DNA of 42,909 nt. It comes from Octopus bimaculoides (lineage: Eukaryota). The stretch is taken from contig NC_068983.1 in the NCBI RefSeq assembly GCF_001194135.2, positions 12,319,261 through 12,362,169 on the forward strand, written 5' to 3'. The stretch's first letter is position 1, and the number at the start of each line of letters is the position of its first letter. Position numbers and translations under genes: made by a program. The notes below the pieces were generated by a model, which did no database searches, was not told where the DNA came from, and worked only from the letters and a program-made list of their open reading frames with translations. Positions 1-13,557 of this stretch are shown one piece after another.

Positions 1-13
1 ATATATATATATA

Positions 14-1630
14 TATATACAGGAATGGGAGTTACTCTTGGTTGTGTTCCATTGTAAATTGTATGTTGGTGTTAATGCTATCAAGAAGTGTTTTGAACTC
101 CAGGAGTTTATCTATGTTGTCATTCCAGTGGATGAAGCAGTCGTCCCAAAACCCTTTCCAATTTTCTGATATGTACTGGGAGAGAGGGTTTCCAAATTTA
201 GAAAATGACTCCTGATATATTGTTATTTCTAAATAGCCCATTGTTAGGTTGGCAATGGTCGGGGCTGCCCTGGTTCCCATGGCAATTCCAGATTTTTGCC
301 GATAAACAGTGGTGTCGAACATGAACTGGTTGTTTTGAAGGACGAATCTTAGTGATTGGATTATGAAATCTTTGTTGATCCGTTCCGGTATTTCTTCTGG
401 ATATTTGTCCAGCCAGGACCAGATTGCTTCTGTTCCATAATTATGGGGTATGTTGGTATATAGGTTTATCACATCAAATGTAACCATGAATGTTTCTTCC
501 TTGACCTTCTCTGGTAGGTGATTTAACGTATGTAAGTCATATCTAATATAACATTTGATGTATTTTGGAAATGGTTTCAGGAGGATGTCCATGAGGCAAC
601 TTAATCAATGTGTTTCACAGGATGATCCAACTATAATGGGCCGTAATTTTATGTCTCCTGGTGCTGATGTACATATGTATGTATGCCTTTGGTGATTTTT
701 TGATGGCTTCGTTTATAGTTTGGCTTTTGTGAATTTTCGGCAGAGCATAGAATAGGCTGGGCTTACATTTAAAGCTTGTTAAGCAGTCTATTTCTTTTTT
801 GTTAGCTCTTTTCCGTGGGTTTGGATTAGTGAAAAGAGGTTTTTCATTATTTTTGTAGGGTGTAATCATTGAATTTTTGGTAGTGTTCGTCATTTTCTAG
901 TATGGATACTACTAGATTTTTGTAGTATAATGTGTCCATTACTTCAACCGCACTCTCTTTATCCTCTTCTTTGATTGTTATTGTAGTTCAGTTAGTTCTT
1001 TTCCTTGGATGGTGCTGAAGTTTGAAATGATTTTTTGTTTGTGTAAGGTTTGGTAGGGGAAGTTTTCGATGTGGTTGCAGAATTCGTCGAGATTTTTCTT
1101 TCTTTCTTTGTGGGGGATGTATTCACTTCTGTTTTTGCCTATTATAATTGGCCAGTGCTTCTGTAAGCCTTAATTTCCTGCAAAATTCTGAAATACTGTC
1201 CTTGACCTCATTTAGGTTAGCTCTGTGTGGAGTTGGAGTGAATTTCAGCCCTTTAGATAGGATATCGATCTTTGTGGTTGATAGGGATTTATATGACAAG
1301 TTAATTACCTTCGGCTTCTCTTGTGTATCAAGTTCCAACCTGTGTCCCGTTTTCTCTGATCTGGGGCTAAAAAATGTTGGTTGTGGTTGTGTTGGTACGA
1401 ACTGTCCGTGCAAATGTAGGAGTTTGGGTTGTGTGTATGGTGTTGTTGTCTTGAATTGCTTTGTGTATGGGTGTCTGAGGGTTCACTGTTTGGTATTGTG
1501 TGTGTTCGAATCTGTGCCCCGTTTTCCCTGGTCTGAAAAATACCTTGGTTACCAATTACCACGCCTCCTCAAGCAAACGAAATGCCTAATTCAGAATTTT
1601 ATCCAAAACTCAAAATTTGAAAAGGGATAG
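14..1630 (-). mobile_element. Penelope-like element, degenerate N-terminal region plus reverse transcriptase (frameshifted, truncated in a (TA)n tract)
   Basis: Successive minus-strand frames give PLE-type RT motifs in order: VINLSYKSLS..ILSKGLKFTPTP (1123-1413), FYALPKIHK (615-893), KLRPII, FDVINLYTNIP, QKSGIAMGTRAAP, FWDD (catalytic YxDD-like) and IQFTME..*LPFL, ending in (TA)n at 1-19. The upstream boundary near 1630 is approximate. Confidence 0.9.
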
Positions 1631-4600
1631 TGAAACCGGTTATTATGTTGGAAGAAAAAAAATCTTATTTTATACAATATTGTTTAATATGTTTGTTATT
1701 ATGTTCCTAATATATTCTTTAGTCTTGTAAAACAAAACGAATCTGTGTTTTTTCATATTGTTTCTTTCCATATATAAATATATGTATATATATATTTGAG
1801 TAAGTACTTATGCCTGTGTGTGTGTATAATTATGTGGTACATAGTGTGTTCCATTGACAAAAATTATTCTCATAAGACACATAAATTTGTTCTGAGATAG
1901 GAGCCAGCAGCTTTGGTATGCTCGACTATTGTCATATATTTTCACATATATAAAATTTAGGTCGAATTTAATTGGGAAAAACGATCTCCATGTATTCGTG
2001 ATTCACTTGTCAGGAAAACTTACATTATATATTACATTATATGAGTAATTGTAATGACTTACGTTCGGTTTTCGTAAACGTGGTGTGTAATAATCACAAA
2101 ATACGTTCTATGGAACATTTTGATCAGTATCGAAACATGCAACTTAGTGGAAATGAAGAATTAGAAATCAAAGACATTAAAGCCGATCACGGATGTAATA
2201 TTCGTAGTACCATGCTGTAAGTATTTGGCAGAACTAAAGTTTTATGCTGAATATTTCATCAAATATCAGCGAATGGATTAAACCAAATTGAAACGAACAG
2301 TTTTTATAGTCACAAAGAGATTTTGTTAATGCATGTAATAGAGTAATCACGTTGAGTAGCATGTGAGCAGAATAATGGTCATTATAAATTAATTTCCTGC
2401 TAAGAAGCTAATGCTTTTGCACAATCAGTGGGAGGCAATGTTTGGCTGTTTAATAAAATACGCTTATCGACCCCCAACATTACCATGTAAAGCTATTCAT
2501 AAAACGGCGTTTTCTTCATTTATATTCCTTAACACTTTCTGACGTTTGCATTTATAATGCAATGTTGTTAGGGCGACTGAAACCTCGTAATACCCATTTC
2601 CTTTCCGAGTTGATCAATGTCAAAGACAGTTCTGACATGAAGCGATTTGGTACTAAAACTACTTAGCAGATCGTAAATTCTCTCCTATGTTAGATTTCTA
2701 CCAACAACTCATCTATCCATTTGTATCTAATTTCATTTAGATAACCTGAGGCAGGAAGATTTCAACACTTTGTTAACTGAACGAGCGTTGAATTAACACT
2801 TAGTTTTAGGCTGAAAGTAAATGAGGATTGTTGTAGACAATATAAATTAATATTGATCCTTCTCAAACCAGTTCTGTTCTTATGTTATAAGGTATATTCT
2901 GTAGATTCTAACGCATAAACTGCAGTAAAATCTTCCAGCGCGATCTTATTCGTGTTCTTATTTAGGGTAAGGCCATCCTTGATTGAGCAGACCTATAATT
3001 AAATCAACCGCGACCCTCCCGTACTTTTATGAGCATAGCATCCAAATTTACATTATTTAATGTGTCGTTTGTTATTTAAGAATGGATAGATTTGACAAGA
3101 TTTCGCTGCTATCTCTAACATGTCAATTAACTTTGTAGAGGCTTCATCGAGCTGTTGTGTGCACAGATAACACCATGTCGAATTTCAGGTACATGCATAG
3201 CTGTATGAATATTTAAATCTATATCATAAATGTGTATCAGAAAAATATGTTACTGATAAGAAATTGTCACATAAATATATAATGTATAGTGAATGTTTCT
3301 TCGAAAGATAACTTCCACACGCTACACTAAATCTATTTACATCACGCATTTATATAAAGGATCGCTTCTGATATCGTTATCAAAGGACCACCATTCAAAT
3401 TACTGTGTCCTGATAAGAGTCGATCAATACGGAGCAAAATATAATATATAAGACAAAGATATGGAGAATTTATACAAGTAGCAGAAGAAGCAGGATGCGT
3501 TCAGAAGATAGCTTACGAAAGAAAAAAAGAGAAACAATTAATTCCATGGACGTCGAAGCTAAAAATATATAAAATGTATATGCAGCGTCAGAGATACATG
3601 TATGGCATAACATATATAAACTTGAGTTATTACGTACCGATCACGTATTATACAGTGCTGCCGGCATATATAATACATAAAACACCATTCCTACAACAGA
3701 CAGAACTCAGCCAAGGTTATTCAATCAAAGTCATAGCAAAAACCATGATGGAACTATTTTCTTTTCTATTTTGCATGAAGGTGTATTTATTTCTTATTTC
3801 CTATGACATAATAACAATAATATGAGGAAGAAAATGTAAAGCAAAATTATTCTAAAAGGACGCTGTTCATATAGAATACAAAACAAAGTCTGAAGCAAAA
3901 AATACATCCATACATTCACTGGCATGTATATTATGTGTGTACGCACACGCTGACGCACACGCTGACGCACATACATACATACACAAATTTATAGAGATAT
4001 ACATGAGAGAAGCCATTGACAAGGAGGATAGCGAGACATAATCAGTTGTCAAACTAGACTACCCAAAGATATTTTACGCATACACATACCTGCGCCCACA
4101 TACGCACATACACACATACACACACATATATAAATGTGAGTGTGTGTGTGTGTGCGTGTTTATCTGTGTGTCACTTTGTATGAAATAGAACAGAAGAGAC
4201 TAAAATGCTAATGGTAAAACGGAGTTGCCATAATGAGTGACATCAAAAGCTTTCACTGCGGATGACAAGTCAAAAACCGATATGGCATATTCATTAAAGG
4301 ATATAGAAAAATAGGCATATTGATTGATATATCGTGTTCTGTTGTCAGCAACATGAACAATGAAAAACTAAATAAACTATTTTTTTACCAGAGAGTAAAC
4401 TTGACATGTAATGTCAGCAAGAATACGTCGAATGGACACACTCGTGATTGTAGGAGAAACTCTAGAATTTATACAAAACGAGTAAAAAAAACATAAATAG
4501 AATATATAGATTAGCAGAGTACCAATCAAGCCAACGATATCAATTTTTCATTCGTTTCGAAATATACTTACAAACATTGAAGAATTCTAAACAATGGAAA

Positions 4601-4940
4601 TATTAAAGTAACAGACAAATAACATATAAGACAAAAATCCAATAGAAGCATTATTGACATGTTATTGCAACATATGTGAAGCGAGTGAAATTTTCTCCCT
4701 TGATCATGTCTTTCCCGGAGATGTTAAATTATAGGGGTTTAAGAATATCAGCCTGCATTGACCTTATGGTTATTAGAGTAGGACCTATGACTGCCATGGG
4801 AAAAGGTCTCTTTCTCCGGAACAGTGTACGCTTTTACAATATTTGTACATCAATTGCGCCGATGTCACCACGGTTCAAAGGGACACTCAAACAAGCAGAA
4901 CATAGAATATACATACATAACTAAATACATATGTTCAAAC

Positions 4941-4970
<30 letters not shown>

Positions 4971-4973
<3 letters not shown>

Positions 4974-5265
4974 GGCGTTGTGAGTTCGAATCCTGGACCG
5001 GGCTGCGTGTTGTGTTCTTGAGCAAGACACTTTATTTCACGTTGCTCCAGTTCACTCAGCTGTAGAAATGAGTTGCGACGTCACAGGTGCCAAGCTGTAT
5101 CGGTCCCTTTGCCTTTCCCTTGGATAACACTGCTGGCATGGAGAGGGGAGGCCGGTGTGCATGGGCGACTGCTGGTCTTCCATAAACAACCTTGCCCGGA
5201 CTTGTGTCAGGGAGGGTAACTTTCTAGGTGCAATCCCATGGTCAGTCATGACCGAAGGGGGTCTC
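4971..5265 (+). mobile_element. tRNA-derived SINE, family C (5' truncated)
   Basis: B-box GAGTTCGAATCC near 4983; body homologous along its length to the minus copy at 20146-20480 (e.g. gactgctggtcttccataaacaacctt). Confidence 0.85.
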
Positions 5266-5268
5266 AGC

Positions 5269-5299
<31 letters not shown>

Positions 5300-5562
5300 C
5301 GACGGGCTTCTCTCAGTTTCCGTCCACTCACAAGGCTTTGGTTGGCCCAAGGTTATAGTAGAAGACACTTTCCGTAAGTGTCACGCAGTGGGACTGGACA
5401 GAGATCCATATGGTTGGGAAGGTAGCTTCTTACCACTCAGTTTCCTTCTACCTAATCTGCTCACAAAGTTTTGCTCGGTTCGAAGCTATAACAGAAGGCA
5501 CTTGCCCAAGGTGCCACGCACTGGGACTGAAACCAGAACCATGTTGTCGCGGAGCAAGCTTA
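5300..5562 (-). mobile_element. Two tandem partial copies of SINE family A (head/central domain)
   Basis: 5300-5430 and 5437-5562 each match the family A head (cagtttcc...cactcacaag...cttgcccaaggtgccacgca.tgggactgaa). Confidence 0.8.
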
Positions 5563-6419
5563 CGCAAATACAGACACATATCCATACGCATATACCATGC
5601 ATCAATACATGCACCGATACGAATAAATAAATAAATATATATATGTGTATGCGTGCGTGCGTACGTGTGTGTGTGTGCGTGTGTGTGTATACAAATATGC
5701 AACTATATATACACACACACATACTTAAAGTCACACAAGCGTATATATTTAAATATTTTTTGGCAAAGAATTATTGATAAAATTACAATAGTTGAAGAAG
5801 GATTTTCTAAATTTGAAATTGTTAATTATAATACGTGAAAATATCTTAAAATACCCAGGAGGGCAAGAACTTTTTGTAGGTTTTCGTATTCTATGAAAGT
5901 GCTGTTTACACTTTTTCAACATGTATAGAAGTGGTTTTTAGTAGCAGTAGTGAATACAATAATACAGAGAGAGAGAGAGATAAATGAAGAGGGAGAGAGA
6001 GTGAGACAGAGAGACAGATGAACAGACAGACTAACAGACTCACAGACAGAGACAAAGTGTGAGACAAAGAGAGGGTAGCGAGCGCATTCTTATCGTGAAA
6101 TATTCGTGTATTCATTTAGGAATACACAAATCTCTTGTATTAATTTGCGTTCATTTCCTGAGGTGTCAAATTTGTTGTCATACATCTGCGATCTGCTTAG
6201 CGATTCCCTCCTGACTGATACAATACCAGAGTATCAAAATTATTTCAGCGACAAGGTCACAGATGTGAGACAAAACTGTGACAAAAACGTCAAGATATGA
6301 ATAAACATGAATATAACATGATTTGTGAATGGTTACTTCCAAAGTTCATCTGAAAATGTGACATTCTCTACTCGTAACAATGTACCACTTTTACACTCTA
6401 ACAATCCGCTCTACAAAGC

Positions 6420-6520
6420 TCTGGTAAGCGTACCAAGGATTGCTGCTCTAGGCTCGGCACTGTAGTGCAGCTATACATGCGGAGATGCAAAACTAGTTCT
6501 CAAAATAGACCCATTCAGAT
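6420..6520 (+). pseudogene. Possible highly degenerate CR1/L2-type LINE RT fragment
   Basis: With frameshifts, agcgtaccaagga...ctaggc...ctg resembles GVPQGSxLGPxL, and tat...gcggagatgcaaaacta resembles YADDAKL. Confidence 0.3.
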
Positions 6521-6711
6521 GATTTGTATGAATTGTTAACTAATACGCAAGTCTCCTGTCCACGGACGAGCTCGATGTTATTATTGAGATTATAAGATTC
6601 TCTCATTCTAAGACCACTTCTCACAGGATGGGGACACTGTGACACTCACTTTCTTCGTTGTAGATTATCCACTAGTGATTTCCATTAGTCACCAGCCTGC
6701 ATTACTATGGT

Positions 6712-7263
6712 GGCGAGCTGGCAGAAACGTTAGCACGCCGGGCGAAATGCTTAGCGGTATTTCGTCAGCCATTACGTACTGAGTTCAAATTTCCCCGAGA
6801 TCGACTTTGCCGTTCATTCTTTCGGGGTCGATAAATTAAGTACCAGTTACACACTGGGGTCGATATAAGCAACTTTATCCGTTCGGCTATCCTTGTTTGT
6901 CCCCTCTGTGTGTAGCCCCTTGGGGGCAATAAAGAAATAAGAAACGTTAGCACGCCGAGAGAAATGCTTAGTAGTATTTGGTCTGTCTTTATGTTCTGGG
7001 TTCAAATTCCACCGAGGTTAACTTTGCCTTTCATCCTTTCGGGTAGATAAATTAAGTACCAGTTGCGTACTGGCGTTGATCTGATCGACTGGCCCGCTCT
7101 CCACCCATAAAAAAAAAAAAATCGGGCCTTGTGCGTAGATTATTAACTGCACCTAAGATTATTGGCGAGCTGGCAGAAGCGGTATTTCGTCTGTCTGCAT
7201 GTTCTGAGTTCAAATTCCATCGATATCGATTTTGCCTTTCATTCGTTTCAGGGTCGATAGAAT
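6712..7263 (+). mobile_element. SINE family B: dimer (6712-7140) plus a third unit (7164-7263) running into a gap
   Basis: Repeated units ggcgagctggcagaa.cgttagcacgcc...gagttcaaatt (B-box)...gcctttcatcctttcggggtcgataaattaagtaccagtt; further copies at 24304, 39681 and 40417. The central segment resembles, from recall, CORE-type octopus SINEs. Confidence 0.88.
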
Positions 7264-7542
7264 NNNNNNNNNNNNNNNNNNNNNNNNNNNNNNNNNNNNN
7301 NNNNNNNNNNNNNNNNNNNNNNNNNNNNNNNNNNNNNNNNNNNNNNNNNNNNNNNNNNNNNNNNNNNNNNNNNNNNNNNNNNNNNNNNNNNNNNNNNNNN
7401 NNNNNNNNNNNNNNNNNNNNNNNNNNNNNNNNNNNNNNNNNNNNNNNNNNNNNNNNNNNNNNNNNNNNNNNNNNNNNNNNNNNNNNNNNNNNNNNNNNNN
7501 NNNNNNNNNNNNNNNNNNNNNNNNNNNNNNNNNNNNNNNNNN

Positions 7543-7604
<62 letters not shown>

Positions 7605-7635
7605 AGATAGATAGAGAGAGAGAGATAGAGAGAGA
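7543..7635. repeat. (GA)n microsatellite
   Basis: Direct read; abuts N-gap. Confidence 0.97.
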
Positions 7636-8465
7636 GTGTGTGCAAGAGAAAACATTTTGCTCATATAACACGTTAAGTTTGAATACAAGAAAAAAAAATT
7701 CCACACTATAAAACAAGAACATTAAACGAAACTAAGGCACAGAAAGCTGCGGTAGGTTGTGCAGTAAAAGAGTGCAATAAAAATATGACGAGTGAAATAA
7801 AAATAGTTTTCATATTGGGTGTTATAAGGGAAATGATATTGTAGATAGAAACAGAGATAGGAACGCATATGGATTCATACACAGAAATGTCGAACAAAAT
7901 GCAAACTATAACCATAATTTAGCCGCTGTTTCCATATATATACATATATAACTTTAGTTTCTATTTACTCCGCATCTAAATTTACGCTTTCGGCTGTTAA
8001 TAAAGAGAAATGTTTTGTTCTCGTAACCTATATAAGAATCGGGTAACATTAATATATTTAACAACCTATAGATATGGATATCACGACTAAAATACCGCAA
8101 GAAATCAATATCAGGGTAGTTGGAGAGCTGCTGTCTCCGAATTTTAATACCAAATTTTGCGAAACCAATTTCATGGTTCTCCTTCTAGTGAAATTATGTG
8201 CTACAATTGCCACATCGATTCTCCTTGGTACGATGAGGAGAAAAAGGAAAAAAAAGAAGAAAAAAAAGGAAAGCATAAACGCAATAAATGTACTGGTTTT
8301 AAACAATTTCTTTGCGTTGAATAACATGTATGCAGAAATATATCTGAGCGTTAATAGAGTGGTGTGGCCTACTTTATATATGTACGCACAAATACACACA
8401 CACACACATACATACACACATACACACACACACGCACACACGCACACATCCTCTCTCCCTTTCTT

Positions 8466-8603
<138 letters not shown>

Positions 8604-9848
8604 AATGAGAACGTCTGTATATGTCTTTATAAATACAATTGTACATACACACAATGTTTATATAGATAGATACATACACACATATATTTATAGCTGTTTC
8701 TGCATACATGCATAAATATGTATATGTATGCATATGTCCATATATGTGTCTATTATATATTAATATGTATATATATATATATATATATATGTAATGCATA
8801 TACATGTATACTTATATACATATTTGTACATGTATACACTCAAAAGCATATATATATATATATATATATATATANNNNNNNNNNNNNNNNNNNNNNNNNN
8901 NNNNNNNNNNNNNNNNNNNNNNNNNNNNNNNNNNNNNNNNNNNNNNNNNNNNNNNNNNNNNNNNNNNNNNNNNNNNNNNNNNNNNNNNNNNNNNNNNNNN
9001 NNNNNNNNNNNNNNNNNNNNNNNNNNNNNNNNNNNNNNNNNNNNNNNNNNNNNNNNNNNNNNNNNNNNNNNNNNNNNNNNNNNNNNNNNNNNNNNNNNNN
9101 NNNNNNNNNNNNNNNNNNNNNNNNNNNNNNNNNNNNNNNNNNNNNNNNNNNNNNNNNNNNNNNNNNNNNNNNNNNNNNNNNNNNNNNNNNNNNNNNNNNN
9201 NNNNNNNNNNNNNNNNNNNNNNNNNNNNNNNNNNNNNNNNNNNNNNNNNNNNNNNNNNNNNNNNNNNNNNNNNNNNNNNNNNNNNNNNNNNNNNNNNNNN
9301 NNNNNNNNNNNNNNNNNNNNNNNNNNNNNNNNNNNNNNNNNNNNNNNNNNNNNNNNNNNNNNNNNNNNNNNNNNNNNNNNNNNNNNNNNNNNNNNNNNNN
9401 NNNNNNNNNNNNNNNNNNNNNNNNNNNNNNNNNNNNNNNNNNNNNNNNNNNNNNNNNNNNNNNNNNNNNNNNNNNNNNNNNNNNNNNNNNNNNNNNNNNN
9501 NNNNNNNNNNNNNNNNNNNNNNNNNNNNNNNNNNNNNNNNNNNNNNNNNTATATATATTTATATACACATACACAAATACGAATTTGTGCGTACATTTAA
9601 ATGCACATATAGCAGATTGTATCTGACAGCTGTTACTGGTATTGTCTGTACGAATGAAATGACTGTGTGTTTCATCAGAATGTGTTTAAACTATAGTTCA
9701 ATGCAATATGCAATAGTACAATGTAAACAGCAGTATAGGTGTGCGAGTGGTCATGTGCTCTTAATGTGATTTAAATAACCGTTTATTGACATTTGTTTAT
9801 TACAGTAGACTTACATTTTCGTTAACATATACAATCAGAGGATAAAAG

Positions 9849-9850
<2 letters not shown>

Positions 9851-9934
<84 letters not shown>

Positions 9935-9988
9935 NNNNNNNNNNNNNNNNNNNNNNNNNNNNNNNNNNNNNNNNNNNNNNNNNNNNNN

Positions 9989-10030
<42 letters not shown>
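9851..10030. repeat. (CA)n / gap / (TA)n compound microsatellite
   Basis: Direct read; gap at 9935-9988. Confidence 0.95.
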
Positions 10031-10034
<4 letters not shown>

Positions 10035-10636
10035 CGCGAGCGGAAGAGATTGCGGAAAAGACACCTACATACATACGTATGCATGTATGCATGTATTTAT
10101 CAGTGTGGTGTAGGCTTGTTTGGTGTGCGTGTTCAACAATGCATTTATATATGCATATAACGATTTCATCTAGATGCGCTGTCTTCTGTAAACACATAAA
10201 TACGCAATGATAACCAGAATTTATAACCCAATACTTATGAATACTAGTTATTTTACAAGTTCGTCATATGAAAACTCTAACACAATGTTTTCTAAAGGTA
10301 TGGAAGTTTTATAGTCGTTGAGAGAATACAGATTATAAACATAATTCAATACAGCAATCACTTTTAAAGACACGAATTGCTAATAGAGTTGAAGCCATCT
10401 ATAAATCATTGATACGAAATGTTATTTGCCAGGCACTAATCTATTCATAGCACAGCACATATAATTCGGTTGATTAGGCAACTGTGTGAATATCTATGTA
10501 TCCTTGTAGACAATGATGAAAACCCGTTTCTCGGTACACTTGAATACATATAAAACTACAAAGAAATATATGATTCATTTTACAGAAGTTATTTCACCCT
10601 TCTCCAAACTTTCAATGTAAAATCCTTCTCTCTCTC

Positions 10637-10695
<59 letters not shown>

Positions 10696-10820
10696 GTATC
10701 TATCTATTTTACTCTCTCACTTTCTCTATCTCTTTTCCGTGTCGCTCATTCATATATATTTATATACATATAAATACATACAAAGCTACAATCAACACTC
10801 GCACGCATACATGCGATAAT

Positions 10821-10860
<40 letters not shown>

Positions 10861-11950
10861 TGATACNNNNNNNNNNNNNNNNNNNNNNNNNNNNNNNNNN
10901 NNNNNNNNNNNNNNNNNNNNNNNNNNNNNNNNNNNNNNNNNNNNNNNNNNNNNNNNNNNNNNNNNNNNNNNNNNNNNNNNNNNNNNNNNNNNNNNNNNNN
11001 NNNNNNNNNNNNNNNNNNNNNNNNNNNNNNNNNNNNNNNNNNNNNNNNNNNNNNNNNNNNNNNNNNNNNNNNNNNNNNNNNNNNNNNNNNNNNNNNNNNN
11101 NNNNNNNNNNTATATATATATATATGTATGTATGCATACACACGCAAACACACACTCATATATATATATATATGCTTATGGATATATATACATACAAACA
11201 CGCTTACATATATGTTTGAATAAGACGTTTAGAAGAAGCAGAACTTGGAGTCGTTATCTAATCAATATTATCAATAAATCTTTCTCTAATAAATGTATGG
11301 ACTCCCTCCATCTATAAATAGTTGCTTTTCTTCAAGCTGATCAACAATAGAAAATAATTCACAGAAACACACACACACGCATGCGCGGCGCACTCACAGA
11401 GTCACATACGTAGGAAGACATAAACACACATATGCACTTTACATATACACATATATATATATACATATACATATCTGCAGATTTGTTTCCTTTATATATA
11501 TATATATATATATGCATGGTTAACTCGAAAGGAACATTGGATACAGAAACTGAAACCCGACAACAGAAATGTAGCAAAGTCACTTCGTTCTCTTAGGAAT
11601 CGTATGTCGTTAAAACGACATATTAATGTTAGCACAAAGATTTTTAGCTTATCGTGCGTTTATATTATCCTCCATTATCTTATTCGGCGGAAACACGAAC
11701 TGTTTACAACCACCGCATAAAATCCTTAGGAAGCTTTCAGTAAATAAAAATGTCTTCGTCAAATTCTCAGGATTAGCTGGAAAGCATTTGCGCCAGATAC
11801 AGAGGTCTTAGAGGGAACAGTTTTCTCATCAATTCCCACTTTTTGGGTTCCTAATCAGCTTAGGAGGACTGGCAATGCAAGATGGATGATGTGAGCACAT
11901 TACAGTGTCAAAATCAAAAAAGGAGAGAGAAGGAATAAATAAAGAAAATT

Positions 11951-12082
11951 AGGCGCATGCGTGGCTGTGTGGTAAAAAGCTTGCTTCCCAACCACATGGT
12001 CCTGGGTTCAGTCCTACTGAATGGCAACTTGGTGGATTTGGTAGACGGAAACTGAAAGAAGACTGTCATATATATATATATA
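11951..12082 (+). mobile_element. SINE family A head with internal deletion, ending in its internal (TA)n
   Basis: aggcgca..gtggctgtgtggt...gggttcagtcc (B-box-like)...gtggatttggtagacggaaactgaaagaag, then (TA)n. Confidence 0.85.
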
Positions 12083-12426
12083 TACTGATATAGGGTAAAA
12101 TTAATAATTTTACCAAGTAGTTCGGTATGATAAAAGAACCATTATCAGTAAACTTATACAAAACTTTTATAATTATAAACATAATTATAATTAGGGTTTA
12201 GCAAAATTGCTTCACCACATACCGAAATTTAGAAATAGCAGTTCAATAGTATTCCACTACCATAAGATATCTCCCAGACAGCAATACTCCCAACTCACGC
12301 TGTCTGGGAGATATCTTATGGTAGTGGAATAGTATTGAACTGCTATTTCTAAATTTCGGTATGTGGTAAAGCAATTTTGCTAAACCCTAATTATAATTAT
12401 GCTTATGATTATAAAATTTTTGTATG
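12083..12426. repeat. Foldback / long inverted repeat element (127-bp arms, 16-nt spacer), possible MITE
   Basis: Arms 12156-12282 and 12299-12425 are reverse complements with 5 mismatches. Extra palindromes at 12094-12114 and 12083-12090/12143-12150. Confidence 0.9.
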
Positions 12427-12500
12427 NNNNNNNNNNNNNNNNNNNNNNNNNNNNNNNNNNNNNNNNNNNNNNNNNNNNNNNNNNNNNNNNNNNNNNNNNN

Positions 12501-12713
12501 TATTCTTTTACTCTTTAATCTACTTGTTTCAGTCATTTGACTGCGGCCATGCTGGAGCACCCAGGACTTATTCTCTGTAAGCCTAGTACTTATTCTATCG
12601 GTGTCTTTTGCTGAACTGCTAGGTTACGGGGACGTAAACATACCACCATCTGTTGGCAAACGATGTTGGGGGGACTGACACAGATACACAAACATACACA
12701 CACACACACATAC

Positions 12714-12747
<34 letters not shown>

Positions 12748-12850
12748 GACGGGCTTCTTTCAGTATCCGTCTACCAAATCCACTCACAAACTTTGGTCGG
12801 CCCGAGGCTATAGTAGAAGACACTTGCCGAAGTTACCACGCAGTGGGATG
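12501..12850 (-). mobile_element. SINE family A (5' truncated, internal deletion)
   Basis: Reverse complement of the 23098-23503 copy, including the ttttactc tail and the internal (CA)n(TA)n tract. Confidence 0.9.
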
Positions 12851-13557
12851 GATAGATTAAAAATGGATTAAATGGATTAAAAATACTACAACATATTCAG
12901 AACAATACTTCAGAAAATTACCTCCATTGTTTGAGTGTAAAAAATACAAATTTAGATGGGGCAAAATGAGTAATTCAAACTAAGGTAAATGTGTCTCTTT
13001 AATTCTATAAAATTCCATTTGAGAAGAAAACTCATACACATTAATATTCCTGCTTAGACATGAGAAATATCGGAAATGCAATAAAAAGTAAAAATATTTA
13101 GGTCAAATGAAAGAGGATCTGGAAAAGTGGCACGGCATGAAATTAGCGAAACCCTGAAATCTCAACGTAAAATATTCTTTATAGCTTCTTCACGATCGGT
13201 TGGAGTGGCTCTCGTCCTCATATTTACGCGCCATGCTGTTAAAAATATGAAATTGTTGAAATTAATTATCCTTCCTATTGCACCAGTTTTGACATAAGCT
13301 TTTAAAAATTATCAATTAGTATGGAAGCCAACAGAGAGAATAATTTTGATTGTTTAACACCAGACATTATACAGCTCTTTTATTAGAAACCTCAATTACA
13401 AACTGGTCAAAGTTAAGGAAAACTTACTTTAAAAATAACACCTGCTAGCTCTATGTTTCTAATCTTTCAAGTTCAACAACAACTATATTGACCTAATTTT
13501 ACTTTGAAAGATGCAATACTTGCAAAGTTATGGTTTCAAACAAGTAAGGAAAATATA

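Noticed and set aside
1148-1630. 160-aa plus-strand ORF
   Set aside because: Antisense shadow of the PLE coding strand, with no recognisable domain.
2128-2216. Possible 89-nt exon (cag|...|gtaagt) with an open frame
   Set aside because: Weak polypyrimidine tract, no recognisable protein and no neighbouring exons; expected by chance.
8058-8250. Minus-strand frame after a pyrimidine tract (possible terminal exon)
   Set aside because: The tract is a simple A-rich repeat, the acceptor is a weak AAG, and the peptide is unrecognisable.
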